From the NCBI GenBank assembly GCA_963663865.1, contig OY760686.1:832001-896000 (forward strand): 64,000 bases of DNA. Direction: 5' to 3'. This DNA comes from Spirochaetota bacterium. GTDB lineage: Bacteria; Spirochaetota; UBA4802; UBA5550. Position 1 is the stretch's first letter. Each line of letters opens with the position of its first letter. This document shows positions 43,901 through 54,718 of the stretch, piece by piece. The position numbers and the translations under genes were made by a program. Under the pieces are notes generated by a model. It was not told the DNA's origin. It saw only the letters and a list, made by a program, of their open reading frames with translations, and did no database searches.

Positions 43901-45343
43901 ATGTCAGTAAAACATTCATTTTCAACGATAATGTCTTTTGTTGTAGTTGTTTTTGCTTTGATTCAAGTATCCTGTTGGGACGAGGCTCTTCTCTCTGAGT
44001 TGGATACAAATCAACTTGAAATAAGATTCAAAGGAACTTATTCTTCTGATGGATCTGAGGTCTGGGATATCCCTGATAATTCTATTTTTCGAGATGATTC
44101 AATAGACGATTATTCATATAATTCGGATTACTTGTATCCTGATTATTATAAAATTGATATTGCTTCAATGCGTCTTTCAGATGATAAGTCAGGCGGCAGT
44201 AAATTTAGTAATTTCAGACAGGCTTATAGCATTCCATTAAACACAGATAACAGCAAGCAGGATGATTTTTTTAATGGGACAGGATTAGTGCTTCAAAACG
44301 ATGATGTTGAGCCTGGAAAAGAATATTCAAGGTTGAGATTGTATATCAGAAAGATGCTTTTTGATTCAGCGGTAAGATATTATTGCTCTGATGATACAGA
44401 TGCGCTATATGGAACAGGCGAAGAAGAGGAAGTTGTTTTTCACGAAGAAAATGTCACTGGTTTCGATTTTAATCAGCTAATGGTAAATACAAAATATGAT
44501 TCAATGAGAGAGAATTACCTTGATATTAACAGGGTTTTTCCGGTTGATGTTCCGATTGATGGAAAGCTTGTTTACAGTAATAAGATTGAGCGAACAGTTC
44601 TTGAACTTAGATTTGTGGTAAAAAACAATATTAAATTATACGAGTATAATGGATCAGACAGCGATAGCATGCCCTACGTAACACATTATTTTGCATTTTC
44701 AGATTCTGTTCGAGACGTCAGATCAGGTGAAACGGATATGGGGGGTAATCTTGTTGCTATAGCTCGATCATACGTGCCAGGTAAGACTGGAAATATCGTT
44801 TCAAATTCAATAACATCTGGTGGTGCCGGTTATGTTGTGGCTGTAGTGGCTGGCTCTGATATCTCCACATATTTGATTCAGAATAATTTGAGATCAACCT
44901 GTATTGTTAACGCTGATATCCCGCAAGAACCTGTAAGGTATAGTAATACAATAAGCTCCATATTGGATTATGCGATGAAATATGAGAACTATAAATTCTT
45001 ATGGAATAGTTTTATTGGCAGCTGTTTATACGAAGACCTTGACGGAAACGGTCAAGTCGATAATGACGACGGAATGATTGCATTTGCAAACGAATGGAAT
45101 GCTTATGATGGAGAAGAATCGGATACTCAGGCGGCCGGGTTTGCGAAAGAATTCCGAATTCCTCCAGTAGCAACTTATCTGAGTTCTGACTCCAATTTTA
45201 TTCTGAAAGATATGTCACCAGGAGTTTATGATATTTACAGACTATACTGGACAAATCACAATCAATATGGGAATTTTCCAGACACAGCTGATTTGATAAT
45301 GCTCAACGTTGAGGTTAAAGAGGGTGAGGATACTGTTTTGTAA
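43901..45343 (+). CDS. Acidic surface lipoprotein (recalled similarity to Leptospira LIC11270-type, unverified)
   Basis: Hydrophobic N-terminus with QVSC lipobox-like site; D/Y-rich; EF-hand-like loop DLDGNGQVDNDD. Confidence 0.6.
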   Translation: MSVKHSFSTIMSFVVVVFALIQVSCWDEALLSELDTNQLEIRFKGTYSSDGSEVWDIPDNSIFRDDSIDDYSYNSDYLYPDYYKIDIASMRLSDDKSGGSKFSNFRQAYSIPLNTDNSKQDDFFNGTGLVLQNDDVEPGKEYSRLRLYIRKMLFDSAVRYYCSDDTDALYGTGEEEEVVFHEENVTGFDFNQLMVNTKYDSMRENYLDINRVFPVDVPIDGKLVYSNKIERTVLELRFVVKNNIKLYEYNGSDSDSMPYVTHYFAFSDSVRDVRSGETDMGGNLVAIARSYVPGKTGNIVSNSITSGGAGYVVAVVAGSDISTYLIQNNLRSTCIVNADIPQEPVRYSNTISSILDYAMKYENYKFLWNSFIGSCLYEDLDGNGQVDNDDGMIAFANEWNAYDGEESDTQAAGFAKEFRIPPVATYLSSDSNFILKDMSPGVYDIYRLYWTNHNQYGNFPDTADLIMLNVEVKEGEDTVL

Positions 45344-45370
45344 ACAGAAAGAATCTTGATGGATAAGGTT

Positions 45371-46474
45371 ATGAAAAGATTAAATCTTGGGATTATTTAC
45401 GGCGGAAAATCTGGAGAACATGAGGTTTCACTGAGGTCTGCAGCATCGGTTATCAGGAACATTGATAAAGATAGGTACAACATCGTTGGCATTGGAATAG
45501 CAAAGAACGGCGATTGGTTTGTTCAGGAGAATATCGAATTTGAAGATAATGCTTCAGGTGAAAGCTTAAAAATAGTAAAAAATGATAATTGGTTTCCTTA
45601 TATTTCCGGTGAGTGTGGAAATTTAACAATTAGAAGTAATAATCTTAATAAAACAGTTATAATAGATGTTGTTTTCCCGGCTGTTCACGGTACCTTCTGT
45701 GAAGATGGGACTCTTCAAGCTATTTTGGAACTATCAGGTGTTCCATATGTTGGTGCAGATGTATATGGTTCATCTATTGGGATGGATAAAGACTTCTCCA
45801 AGATAATAGCAAGAGATTTCGGAATAAAAGTTGTTCCATGGGAAACAGTGAAAAAATCCAATTGGGAAACTGAAGATAGGAAAATTATAGTAACAGGTAT
45901 AATTGGAAAACTGGGTTTACCTTTGTTTATCAAGCCAAATAGATCGGGATCATCTGTAGGTGTTTCCAAGGCTAAGGATTTAAGTGAATTAATCGAAGGA
46001 TTAAACACGGCTTTTCAATATGATACAACAGTGCTTGTTGAAGAGTCAATTGATGCCCGTGAATTGGAATGTGCGGTACTTGGCGGTGATGAGCCTGATG
46101 TTTCTGTTCCTGGAGAAATAAATCCCAATCATGAATTCTATTCGTATGAAGCAAAGTATGAGGATACAGAAGGAGCTGAATTGGTTATTCCAGCAAGATT
46201 AACTGATAAAAAAGCTGATGAGTGCATGAAAATGGCATCTTTAGTGTTCAAAAAGCTAAAGTGTTATGGTATGGCAAGGGTGGACTTTTTTCTTGATAAA
46301 AAGTCAGACGAGTTGTATTTCAACGAAATCAATACGCTACCTGGTTTTACAAGCATAAGTATGTTTCCTAAGCTATGGGAGTATATGGGTGTTCCTTATA
46401 ACAAGATTATTGATAGATTAATAGAATTAGCTATAGAAAGATCAGAAGTTAAAGCAAAACTAAGAACTGAATAA
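45371..46474 (+). CDS. ddl: D-alanine--D-alanine ligase
   Basis: GGKSGEHEVSL, HGTFCEDG, GSSVG, FYSYEAKY, NEINTLPGFT. Confidence 0.96.
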   Translation: MKRLNLGIIYGGKSGEHEVSLRSAASVIRNIDKDRYNIVGIGIAKNGDWFVQENIEFEDNASGESLKIVKNDNWFPYISGECGNLTIRSNNLNKTVIIDVVFPAVHGTFCEDGTLQAILELSGVPYVGADVYGSSIGMDKDFSKIIARDFGIKVVPWETVKKSNWETEDRKIIVTGIIGKLGLPLFIKPNRSGSSVGVSKAKDLSELIEGLNTAFQYDTTVLVEESIDARELECAVLGGDEPDVSVPGEINPNHEFYSYEAKYEDTEGAELVIPARLTDKKADECMKMASLVFKKLKCYGMARVDFFLDKKSDELYFNEINTLPGFTSISMFPKLWEYMGVPYNKIIDRLIELAIERSEVKAKLRTE

Positions 46475-46607
46475 AAGTCGACAACCTTGAAAATGTTTCA
46501 TATAAAGCTTGCAGTATAAAGCAGTTACCTGCTTTTGTATAAAAAGCAGCTAATAATTATAGATATACTATGAATGCAAGATAGTTTGTAAATTTGATGA
46601 GGAAGAG

Positions 46608-47351
46608 ATGGCACAGAAACGATCATTAATACCAAATACTTTTACAATGTCAAATATGGTCTTTGGGTTTATTGCAATTATTTTTGCAAGTAAGGGTGAC
46701 CCTCGGTCAATTGCTGTCGCAGGAATTTTAGTATTTGTTGCATCATTCTTTGATTTCTTTGATGGGGCGACAGCCAGAGCTCTTGGTGTTTCGAGTCCAA
46801 TTGGCGTTCAGCTTGATTCATTAGCGGACGAAATAGCGTATGGCATAGCACCTGGCTTTATTGCCTATCAGGCGTTTCTTAGCAAATTGCCAGAAATTGG
46901 TCTTGGATTGAATTGGGGGATGGTAATAGCGCCAATTTTTCCGATTTGTACTACATATCGGCTTGCAAAATTTAACATAGAAGGAACTGAGAGAACCGGT
47001 TTTGCTGGATTGCCCTCGCCGGCAGCGGGTATTTTTATTTCATGTATACCAGCTCTTCCATTTTCTACCATTCCGTTTATTGGGAAAGTCAATTTTGTAC
47101 CGATGATTGGACTTTTTGTCCCGGTTTATGCAGTTGTTGCTCTTTTAATGGTGTCAGATATCGATTACTCTAAAATATTCGCTGATATTATTAAAAAAGG
47201 TAAAACGGCAATAATGATTACACTTGTATCAATTTTGTTGCTGCTGTTCTACTTTAACATGTGGTCGGTCTTTGTTTTAACTGGATTATATATTTTTGCC
47301 GGGTTGGTTTGCTATATTTTTAGATTTATTAGAAAAAAGGCTAAAAATTAA
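46608..47351 (+). CDS. pssA: CDP-diacylglycerol--serine O-phosphatidyltransferase (CDP-alcohol phosphotransferase)
   Basis: PNTFT, DFFDGATAR...G..LDSLAD, RLAKFN, FAGLPSP. Confidence 0.85.
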   Translation: MAQKRSLIPNTFTMSNMVFGFIAIIFASKGDPRSIAVAGILVFVASFFDFFDGATARALGVSSPIGVQLDSLADEIAYGIAPGFIAYQAFLSKLPEIGLGLNWGMVIAPIFPICTTYRLAKFNIEGTERTGFAGLPSPAAGIFISCIPALPFSTIPFIGKVNFVPMIGLFVPVYAVVALLMVSDIDYSKIFADIIKKGKTAIMITLVSILLLLFYFNMWSVFVLTGLYIFAGLVCYIFRFIRKKAKN

Positions 47352-47454
47352 GAATAACATATATATTAAGCTGTAAACGAAGATATTTGATTGTAAATCT
47401 GAATAATCATCGTAAATGGTCGTTGAAGTATTAGAGTTTTCTTGTAATATTTTA

Positions 47455-47488
47455 ATTGTTAGCACTCTCTTTGATGAGTGCTAACAAT
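47455..47488. promoter_or_regulatory. CIRCE element (HrcA operator) with 8-nt spacer
   Basis: TTAGCACTC-TCTTTGAT-GAGTGCTAA, extended to a perfect 13-bp inverted repeat, upstream of groES. Confidence 0.9.
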
Positions 47489-47545
47489 CCTCTGTCCAAA
47501 GGACAAAATATTAAATATAATAAAAATATGTTCAGGAGGTCCTAA

Positions 47546-47830
47546 GTGGCTATTAAACCTATCGGAGACAAGATTCTCATTGAGACAATTAAGGAAGAAG
47601 TTGGAAAGGTAGGATCAATTTATGTCCCTGATACTGCGAAAGAAAGACCACAGCAAGGAAAAGTGATCGCAGTTGGAGATGGAAAAAAAGAGGGCGACAA
47701 GGTTGTTCCAATGTCTGTTAAAGAAGGAGATGTTATCATTTTTGGAAAGTACTCGGGTGTTGAAATTAAACATGATGACAGGGAGTATTTGATTCTGTCT
47801 GAAAGTGATGTACTTGCAATTGTGAAATAA
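47546..47830 (+). CDS. groES: Co-chaperonin GroES
   Basis: IKPIGD, PDTAKERPQQG, KYSG; AGGAGG and GTG start. Confidence 0.97.
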   Translation: MAIKPIGDKILIETIKEEVGKVGSIYVPDTAKERPQQGKVIAVGDGKKEGDKVVPMSVKEGDVIIFGKYSGVEIKHDDREYLILSESDVLAIVK

Positions 47831-47856
47831 TTAAACGTTAAAAAAGGAGAGAATAA

Positions 47857-49500
<1,644 letters not shown>

Positions 49501-49530
49501 TCTTTTATCACGAAATAGCGGTAATAATTA

Positions 49531-49572
49531 AGAGAGGCTGGACTTATAAGACAGCCTCTCTTTTTGTATTTT
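49531..49572 (+). terminator. Rho-independent terminator after groEL
   Basis: AGAGAGGCTG...CAGCCTCTCT followed by TTTTGTATTTT. Confidence 0.8.
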
Positions 49573-49686
49573 ATACCTTCCTTTAAATTTAAATAAATCA
49601 CACCTTCATGTAAATTGTAATGCAGAAAATATAAATATTCTGCCGAAAATTACTATAAGTCCCAAATTATATAAAAACAAAAAAAT

Positions 49687-50571
49687 ATGACTAAAATAAT
49701 AATCCCAAATCGGATGAGAGATCCATATCAATTTGAAGATGTATTAAAAGAAATTGAAGATGCACATCATCCAGTTAATAATGTTGACTGCTCCCGTATA
49801 AGTTTTATTGAACCATATTCGATGCTCTGTCTGTTACTGATAGGCAGAAACTATATCAGAAATTATGGCAGAAAACTGAAACTTGTTAACATACCGGTAA
49901 ACATTCATCAATACCTCGCACGAATGGATTTTATAAAAACTGGAATTTTTGATATTGATACGCCCTTAAATGAGAAGATGTTTCTGAAAAGAAATAGTAT
50001 GAGCTCCCGAATTATTGAGATACTTGAGATTCCAAATAAAGAACGTGAGAGTGTGAGGTCAATTGCAAAGGTTATAGATCTATTCAGAAAGAGAGCTTCT
50101 TATATTTTAAAATTCTGGATATCTGAAGGAATTACAGATTACTTTGTGACTGTTATTTCTGAATTATGCCAGAATATTTTTGAACATAGTCTTGATTCAG
50201 GCTATATTTCCATGCAAACATACGTCACAGGAAAGAATAGAATCTTCAGGCTTGCAATAGCAGATTCGGGTGTTGGGATAGAGGGCAGCTTTAGAAATAA
50301 TTTAGCACATTTTAGAGGACAAAGCTCTGAGCTAATTAAAGCTGTATTCACAACACCTATTTCAAGCAAAAGAGAGTTTGGATTTGGTTTATGCCAGGTG
50401 AATGCTGTTATAGAGAAATTTAATGGTTCATTATATATCAGATCAAATAACGCGTCAGCAACTGCAGTATATGATAACAAAACAGTTCAAAACAGGAAGG
50501 GATGTATATTTCTTAAAAACGATTTGAATGAATTCAATGGCACACAAATTTCTGTGACATTATCCGCATAA
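49687..50571 (+). CDS. STAS-like domain fused to GHKL ATPase/kinase (anti-sigma-factor-like)
   Basis: N-terminal VDCSRISFIEPYS...LKLVN...YLARMDF; GHKL boxes ELCQNIFEHS, IADSGVGI, GFGL, GTQI; no HisKA H-box. Confidence 0.75.
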   Translation: MTKIIIPNRMRDPYQFEDVLKEIEDAHHPVNNVDCSRISFIEPYSMLCLLLIGRNYIRNYGRKLKLVNIPVNIHQYLARMDFIKTGIFDIDTPLNEKMFLKRNSMSSRIIEILEIPNKERESVRSIAKVIDLFRKRASYILKFWISEGITDYFVTVISELCQNIFEHSLDSGYISMQTYVTGKNRIFRLAIADSGVGIEGSFRNNLAHFRGQSSELIKAVFTTPISSKREFGFGLCQVNAVIEKFNGSLYIRSNNASATAVYDNKTVQNRKGCIFLKNDLNEFNGTQISVTLSA

Positions 50572-50583
50572 AAAGGATCTGAG

Positions 50584-51135
50584 ATGATAATAAACATTGC
50601 AAAAATTTCCAGACAAGTATCTGTAAAGGGGCCTGATTTAATAACAAGACCGGTAGGCAGAAGTGTATACGAAAAAATAACAGAAAAAATAATGTCAGTC
50701 GGAAATTCAGAGACTGTTATTTTAGATTTTGAAGGTTTTAAAGTTCTTGATTCATCATTTATTGATGAAGCTATAGTTAAATTACAGTTAGATGCTATCA
50801 ATGGTAGTAAAAATATTTACATTAAAATTTCAAATATTTCTAAAATGGCTGAATTGAATATTGAATCAGTTATCAACTCTTATGAATCATTTAAACAAAA
50901 AAAAATAGTTGTATTAACAGAAGATATTTGTTCAAATAATAAGTTTTATATAGGAAATCTAACTGTCGAGGAAGAAAATATAATTAATCTTCTGAGGATA
51001 AATAAAATATGTTCTGTTAATGACTTTGAAAGTGTAACTCAACTTTATGGAGATGAATTAGCTGAGTTGATAAAAGGTATTATATTTCTAAGATTGATTA
51101 AACAGGTAGAAAAGAATAAATATTCGTCGGTTTAA
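50584..51135 (+). CDS. STAS-like (DUF4325-type) protein with probable C-terminal winged helix
   Basis: LITRPVGR, VILDFEGFKVLDSSFIDEAI; C-terminal helical segment with wHTH-like pattern. Confidence 0.65.
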   Translation: MIINIAKISRQVSVKGPDLITRPVGRSVYEKITEKIMSVGNSETVILDFEGFKVLDSSFIDEAIVKLQLDAINGSKNIYIKISNISKMAELNIESVINSYESFKQKKIVVLTEDICSNNKFYIGNLTVEEENIINLLRINKICSVNDFESVTQLYGDELAELIKGIIFLRLIKQVEKNKYSSV

Positions 51136-51157
51136 TTTGTGTTGTAATTCGGTGAAA

Positions 51158-51613
51158 ATGAAGAAAAATAATAATATAAAAGATGATACGCTTTATGGTC
51201 TTTTAACATCTTACAAAGGTTTAATAACTTATTTGAGAGTTTTTGAGGATGAAGAGGCTAAAATCATTGTTGTCCAATTAACGGATAATCCAAAGCATTG
51301 GAAGAATATACCGGAAGAGATGTATGCCGGTTTCAGGGAGCTTAGTCGATTAGATATAGGGGTGTCAAAACTATCAATCAAATATCTAAAACCCTTACAT
51401 ATCGCAGGCATACTGTTATCTGCAATTAATTTACCAGCAAAAGCGGAAAAGGTGAAAAAAATCGATATGCTTAACGAAGGTAACTATTTAATCTTCGAAA
51501 TACCTATAAAATATAAGAAAAAGATTATTCACGGAGTAACTAAAGTTTCTAATCTAAGTCCACAAAAAAAGTATGAGATAATAGAAAAAAGTCTCAGTGT
51601 TAATCAGGGTTAA
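51158..51613 (+). CDS. Hypothetical protein
   Basis: 151-codon ORF in an apparent operon; no recognised motif. Confidence 0.55.
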   Translation: MKKNNNIKDDTLYGLLTSYKGLITYLRVFEDEEAKIIVVQLTDNPKHWKNIPEEMYAGFRELSRLDIGVSKLSIKYLKPLHIAGILLSAINLPAKAEKVKKIDMLNEGNYLIFEIPIKYKKKIIHGVTKVSNLSPQKKYEIIEKSLSVNQG

Positions 51614-51617
51614 ATTA

Positions 51618-52658
51618 ATGTCCGAACAATTCGATTCACTAAATGAAAAGACTCGCCTCATAGAGGCAGCAATGAAGTTTGTAGGAAATGATATTGAGAA
51701 AGCAAAATCGATGGCGTCCGGACAATATTTGGATAACATAATAGTAAAGATTAAATTCTTTATACAGAGTAATTCAAAATCGGGTCTTGTAATGGCTTTT
51801 TTTAATATCATAGATGAATACATATCAAATGTTGATGGTGTTGTTGTTAATACTAATAAGCTGTATGATAAAGTCCGAATTTTTGATGATTGGAAAACCC
51901 TATACCGAGATATAAATTTATACAAACAGAGTGACGAGGTAGATAGTATTGATGGATTTATTGACTCATGTATTGATAAATATATAGAGTATGATGTTTT
52001 TCCGGAAGTTCAAGAAAGGTTACTGGATGATCTTACGAAAAAGATTCATCAGGGATTAAGTAAAATATTCAGTGAAGATAAAATCCAGTGTCAAATAGAG
52101 CTTGAGCCTACCAGTTCGCTTTCTATGGAGCTCGCAGGTGTCCCTGTTTCGCTTCCAGAACAGGAGCCGGGTTCTTATGAAAAGCAGCCCAATGATTCGT
52201 CAGTAAACGAATCAGAATTCGACAAAAGAATAAAAGAAATCGAAAAGGAAGCAAAATATATAGTAAATGGAACATCAATTGTTGCACCGGTAAAAGGAAA
52301 GTATATTAATGATATTGAACCTGGTGAAAAAATTATGGTACTTTTACCAAATAAGGATCAGGTTTCAAGGAAGATACTTTCAGTAATGGAAGCAGTTGAT
52401 TCCGAAGGGAACATCAAGCCTATTAAAGGACGACTTAAACATAAAATCCCTATGGAAAAAAGTGGTTATATAATCTATGCTCTGATCGCTAAAGGCGTAT
52501 ATGCTAAATTGGTAGAAGAAGAGAACGTAAAGGTTAGAATGGAAGACTCTGGTATTGAACAAAAAAATGCCGTGAAAGACAGTAAGTTGATTTACATTAT
52601 GCTTGCAGTGCTGGTTCTTTTTGTAATTGGCGGGCTGTTGTTATTTATTATGCTGTAA
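51618..52658 (+). CDS. Hypothetical tail-anchored membrane protein
   Basis: Acidic cytoplasmic body, N-terminal UBA-like pattern (AAMKFVGNDIEKA), beta-rich APVKGK...PGEKI region, single C-terminal TM helix. Confidence 0.65.
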   Translation: MSEQFDSLNEKTRLIEAAMKFVGNDIEKAKSMASGQYLDNIIVKIKFFIQSNSKSGLVMAFFNIIDEYISNVDGVVVNTNKLYDKVRIFDDWKTLYRDINLYKQSDEVDSIDGFIDSCIDKYIEYDVFPEVQERLLDDLTKKIHQGLSKIFSEDKIQCQIELEPTSSLSMELAGVPVSLPEQEPGSYEKQPNDSSVNESEFDKRIKEIEKEAKYIVNGTSIVAPVKGKYINDIEPGEKIMVLLPNKDQVSRKILSVMEAVDSEGNIKPIKGRLKHKIPMEKSGYIIYALIAKGVYAKLVEEENVKVRMEDSGIEQKNAVKDSKLIYIMLAVLVLFVIGGLLLFIML

Positions 52659-52661
52659 ATA

Positions 52662-53519
52662 ATGAAACGAAAAGCATTCATAACTGTTTATTTCATGTTA
52701 GCATCCACTGTCTATGCACAGATGCCTGACTGGACTTTTTTTAAAGATTATGTTGGTAATAACTATTTTATTAACAAAGCTGGAAAAATTGTAATAACAG
52801 AAGCAGAAATCAAATATGACGAAGTCTCAATCCCTGGACTCGAATATTGTTTCGCTAAGGCAGAGATGTACTATAAATCTGGTTACATTGGAAATTCACT
52901 CCGAATACTGAAATCAATGTTACTATTACCGGAAAATGACGCTCGAGTCAAAGCATTTAGAGTTAAAGCTGAGATGTTTAGAAAAAAAATACATAATCTT
53001 AATGGCGACAGGTATTTACATTTTGATAGAGAATCTACACCCCTTATTATAAGAAAATCAGACAGCATCCTACTCGCGAACGATGTCATGGGATATCAAA
53101 TAAGATTAGCAGGACACGTTAAGATTCTAAAAAACAAATGGAGGCTGGGAACTGTTTTATACAATGGATTTTTAGCCGGGGTGAATATTGACAGCCAGGT
53201 CAGTAAAGGTTATGATTATTTACTTGCAATTGATTCACAAAGATTTTCTCATCCAAAAATCGATATTGATGATTTTGTCTCAGATGTGCAGAATCGTTTG
53301 TTGTATGATAAGTTGGCAAAAGAAGAGTTGTTGAGAACGGATAAACGAGTTGAATATTTAATAACACATGATGGGGAAAAAAACCTTGCAGGTATTGAGA
53401 CTGTTGTGGTAAAAAACAATTACGGCTATATTTTAAGAATCATCACGACCAAAGATAACTTCTTCAAAAAGTCCGCGACTATTAAGTCCATTAGTGAAAA
53501 CTTTATGAAAGACTTGTAA
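52662..53519 (+). CDS. Hypothetical secreted protein
   Basis: Signal peptide MKRKAFITVYFMLASTVYA; one TPR-like segment. Confidence 0.6.
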   Translation: MKRKAFITVYFMLASTVYAQMPDWTFFKDYVGNNYFINKAGKIVITEAEIKYDEVSIPGLEYCFAKAEMYYKSGYIGNSLRILKSMLLLPENDARVKAFRVKAEMFRKKIHNLNGDRYLHFDRESTPLIIRKSDSILLANDVMGYQIRLAGHVKILKNKWRLGTVLYNGFLAGVNIDSQVSKGYDYLLAIDSQRFSHPKIDIDDFVSDVQNRLLYDKLAKEELLRTDKRVEYLITHDGEKNLAGIETVVVKNNYGYILRIITTKDNFFKKSATIKSISENFMKDL

Positions 53520-53520
53520 A

Positions 53521-54018
53521 TTATTTCAAAGGTTTTTCGATAATTTTACTGGTTGAATACAGTAGTGCGGTTTCTCCGCATTTGTCTCTGCTGGGACAGT
53601 TAAGGCAGTCTTTCCATATTTTTTCTGGCAGCATTCCCTTTGGGATTTCGATAAATCCGTTTTTTTTAAAAAAAATTGGTGAGTATGATAATGCAAAAAT
53701 TCTCGATTTAGACGTCTGAGATATTTCATTTATCATTGCTTTTACAAGTCGGGAACCTAAACCCTGGGTTTTGAAATCACTATGAACAGCGAGAGTTCTA
53801 AGTTCTATTAGTCCTTGTCCATAATCAAACGATGAAATGCAACCGATTGTTTCATAGTCATATTCTGCAATAATAAATGAATTCAGCATGGAATCAATCT
53901 CGCTTACAGATCTTTCTAATATAAGACCTTCCAGAGCATAGTGATGAACCAGCTTGTATATAGACTCAGCTTCACCTGGAAAAGGTTTTCTAATAAAAAC
54001 AAAGTTAGGAAGGGGCAT
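53521..54018 (-). CDS. GNAT N-acetyltransferase, short amino-acid acetyltransferase (ArgA-like)
   Basis: ELRTLAV, QGLGSRLV, FFKKNGF, LPEKIWKDCLNCP...CGE; start at ATG 54018. Confidence 0.8.
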   Translation of the reverse strand: MPLPNFVFIRKPFPGEAESIYKLVHHYALEGLILERSVSEIDSMLNSFIIAEYDYETIGCISSFDYGQGLIELRTLAVHSDFKTQGLGSRLVKAMINEISQTSKSRIFALSYSPIFFKKNGFIEIPKGMLPEKIWKDCLNCPSRDKCGETALLYSTSKIIEKPLK

Positions 54019-54019
54019 A

Positions 54020-54610
54020 TTAACTAGTTTTCCGGCTAATAATTTGAATGTTAGATTTGAGGCGGCTATCCCCGTATGAGTCAAGTAATTTAAATGCGGA
54101 ATTAGCTGTGTCGAGATTTTTATAAGGACCGGTGTAAACATTAAATTCTTGATCGCCGAATTTTGATAGAATTACGGTATGTCCCTTTCTGCTCAGGAAT
54201 TCGGCAAGCTCTCTGGAACTTGCTCTGTTGTATGTGTTTCCAATCTTTATAACGTATGGATAAGCTGAAGCTGGATATGATTTTTTCAGGGTGTCATCAT
54301 CACCTTTGTCTCTGGCGATAAGATCTGTAACTTTAGTTTTAAGCTGCGAAATGGCATTTTGTGTTGATTTATCTACAATATCTTTATCTTTTCCGCCGGC
54401 AAATTTAATTCCCGTTATCAATCCAGTTGTAAATGAAAGTATTATAAATGCGGTAATAAGAAAGATAAGCCTGCTTGCCTTCTTTTTTACTTTTTCATGA
54501 TCAGATATATGACTTGCTGAATACCTGCTGAAGTACTCAGGGTCTTTTGATTCAAATTGTGGTGGAAAAGATTTTATAGACTGGCCTGAGTAAAAATCAA
54601 AATTCTGCAT
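54020..54610 (-). CDS. Membrane-anchored SPOR-domain protein
   Basis: One TM helix, then YVIKIGN...VYTGPY SPOR-like pattern. Confidence 0.65.
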   Translation of the reverse strand: MQNFDFYSGQSIKSFPPQFESKDPEYFSRYSASHISDHEKVKKKASRLIFLITAFIILSFTTGLITGIKFAGGKDKDIVDKSTQNAISQLKTKVTDLIARDKGDDDTLKKSYPASAYPYVIKIGNTYNRASSRELAEFLSRKGHTVILSKFGDQEFNVYTGPYKNLDTANSAFKLLDSYGDSRLKSNIQIISRKTS

Positions 54611-54628
54611 CCCGGAAACCCCGATGTA

Positions 54629-54668
54629 TAAAAAGTTAAAGACAGCGGACTTAGACCGCTGTCTTTAA
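54629..54668 (-). terminator. Terminator after serA
   Basis: Perfect 13-bp stem TTAAAGACAGCGG / CCGCTGTCTTTAA with a T tract on the minus strand. Confidence 0.75.
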
Positions 54669-54718
54669 TGCCTGTAATACTAATTTCGGCTAATTGTCTG
54701 TCGGGATTCAGTAAAAAA

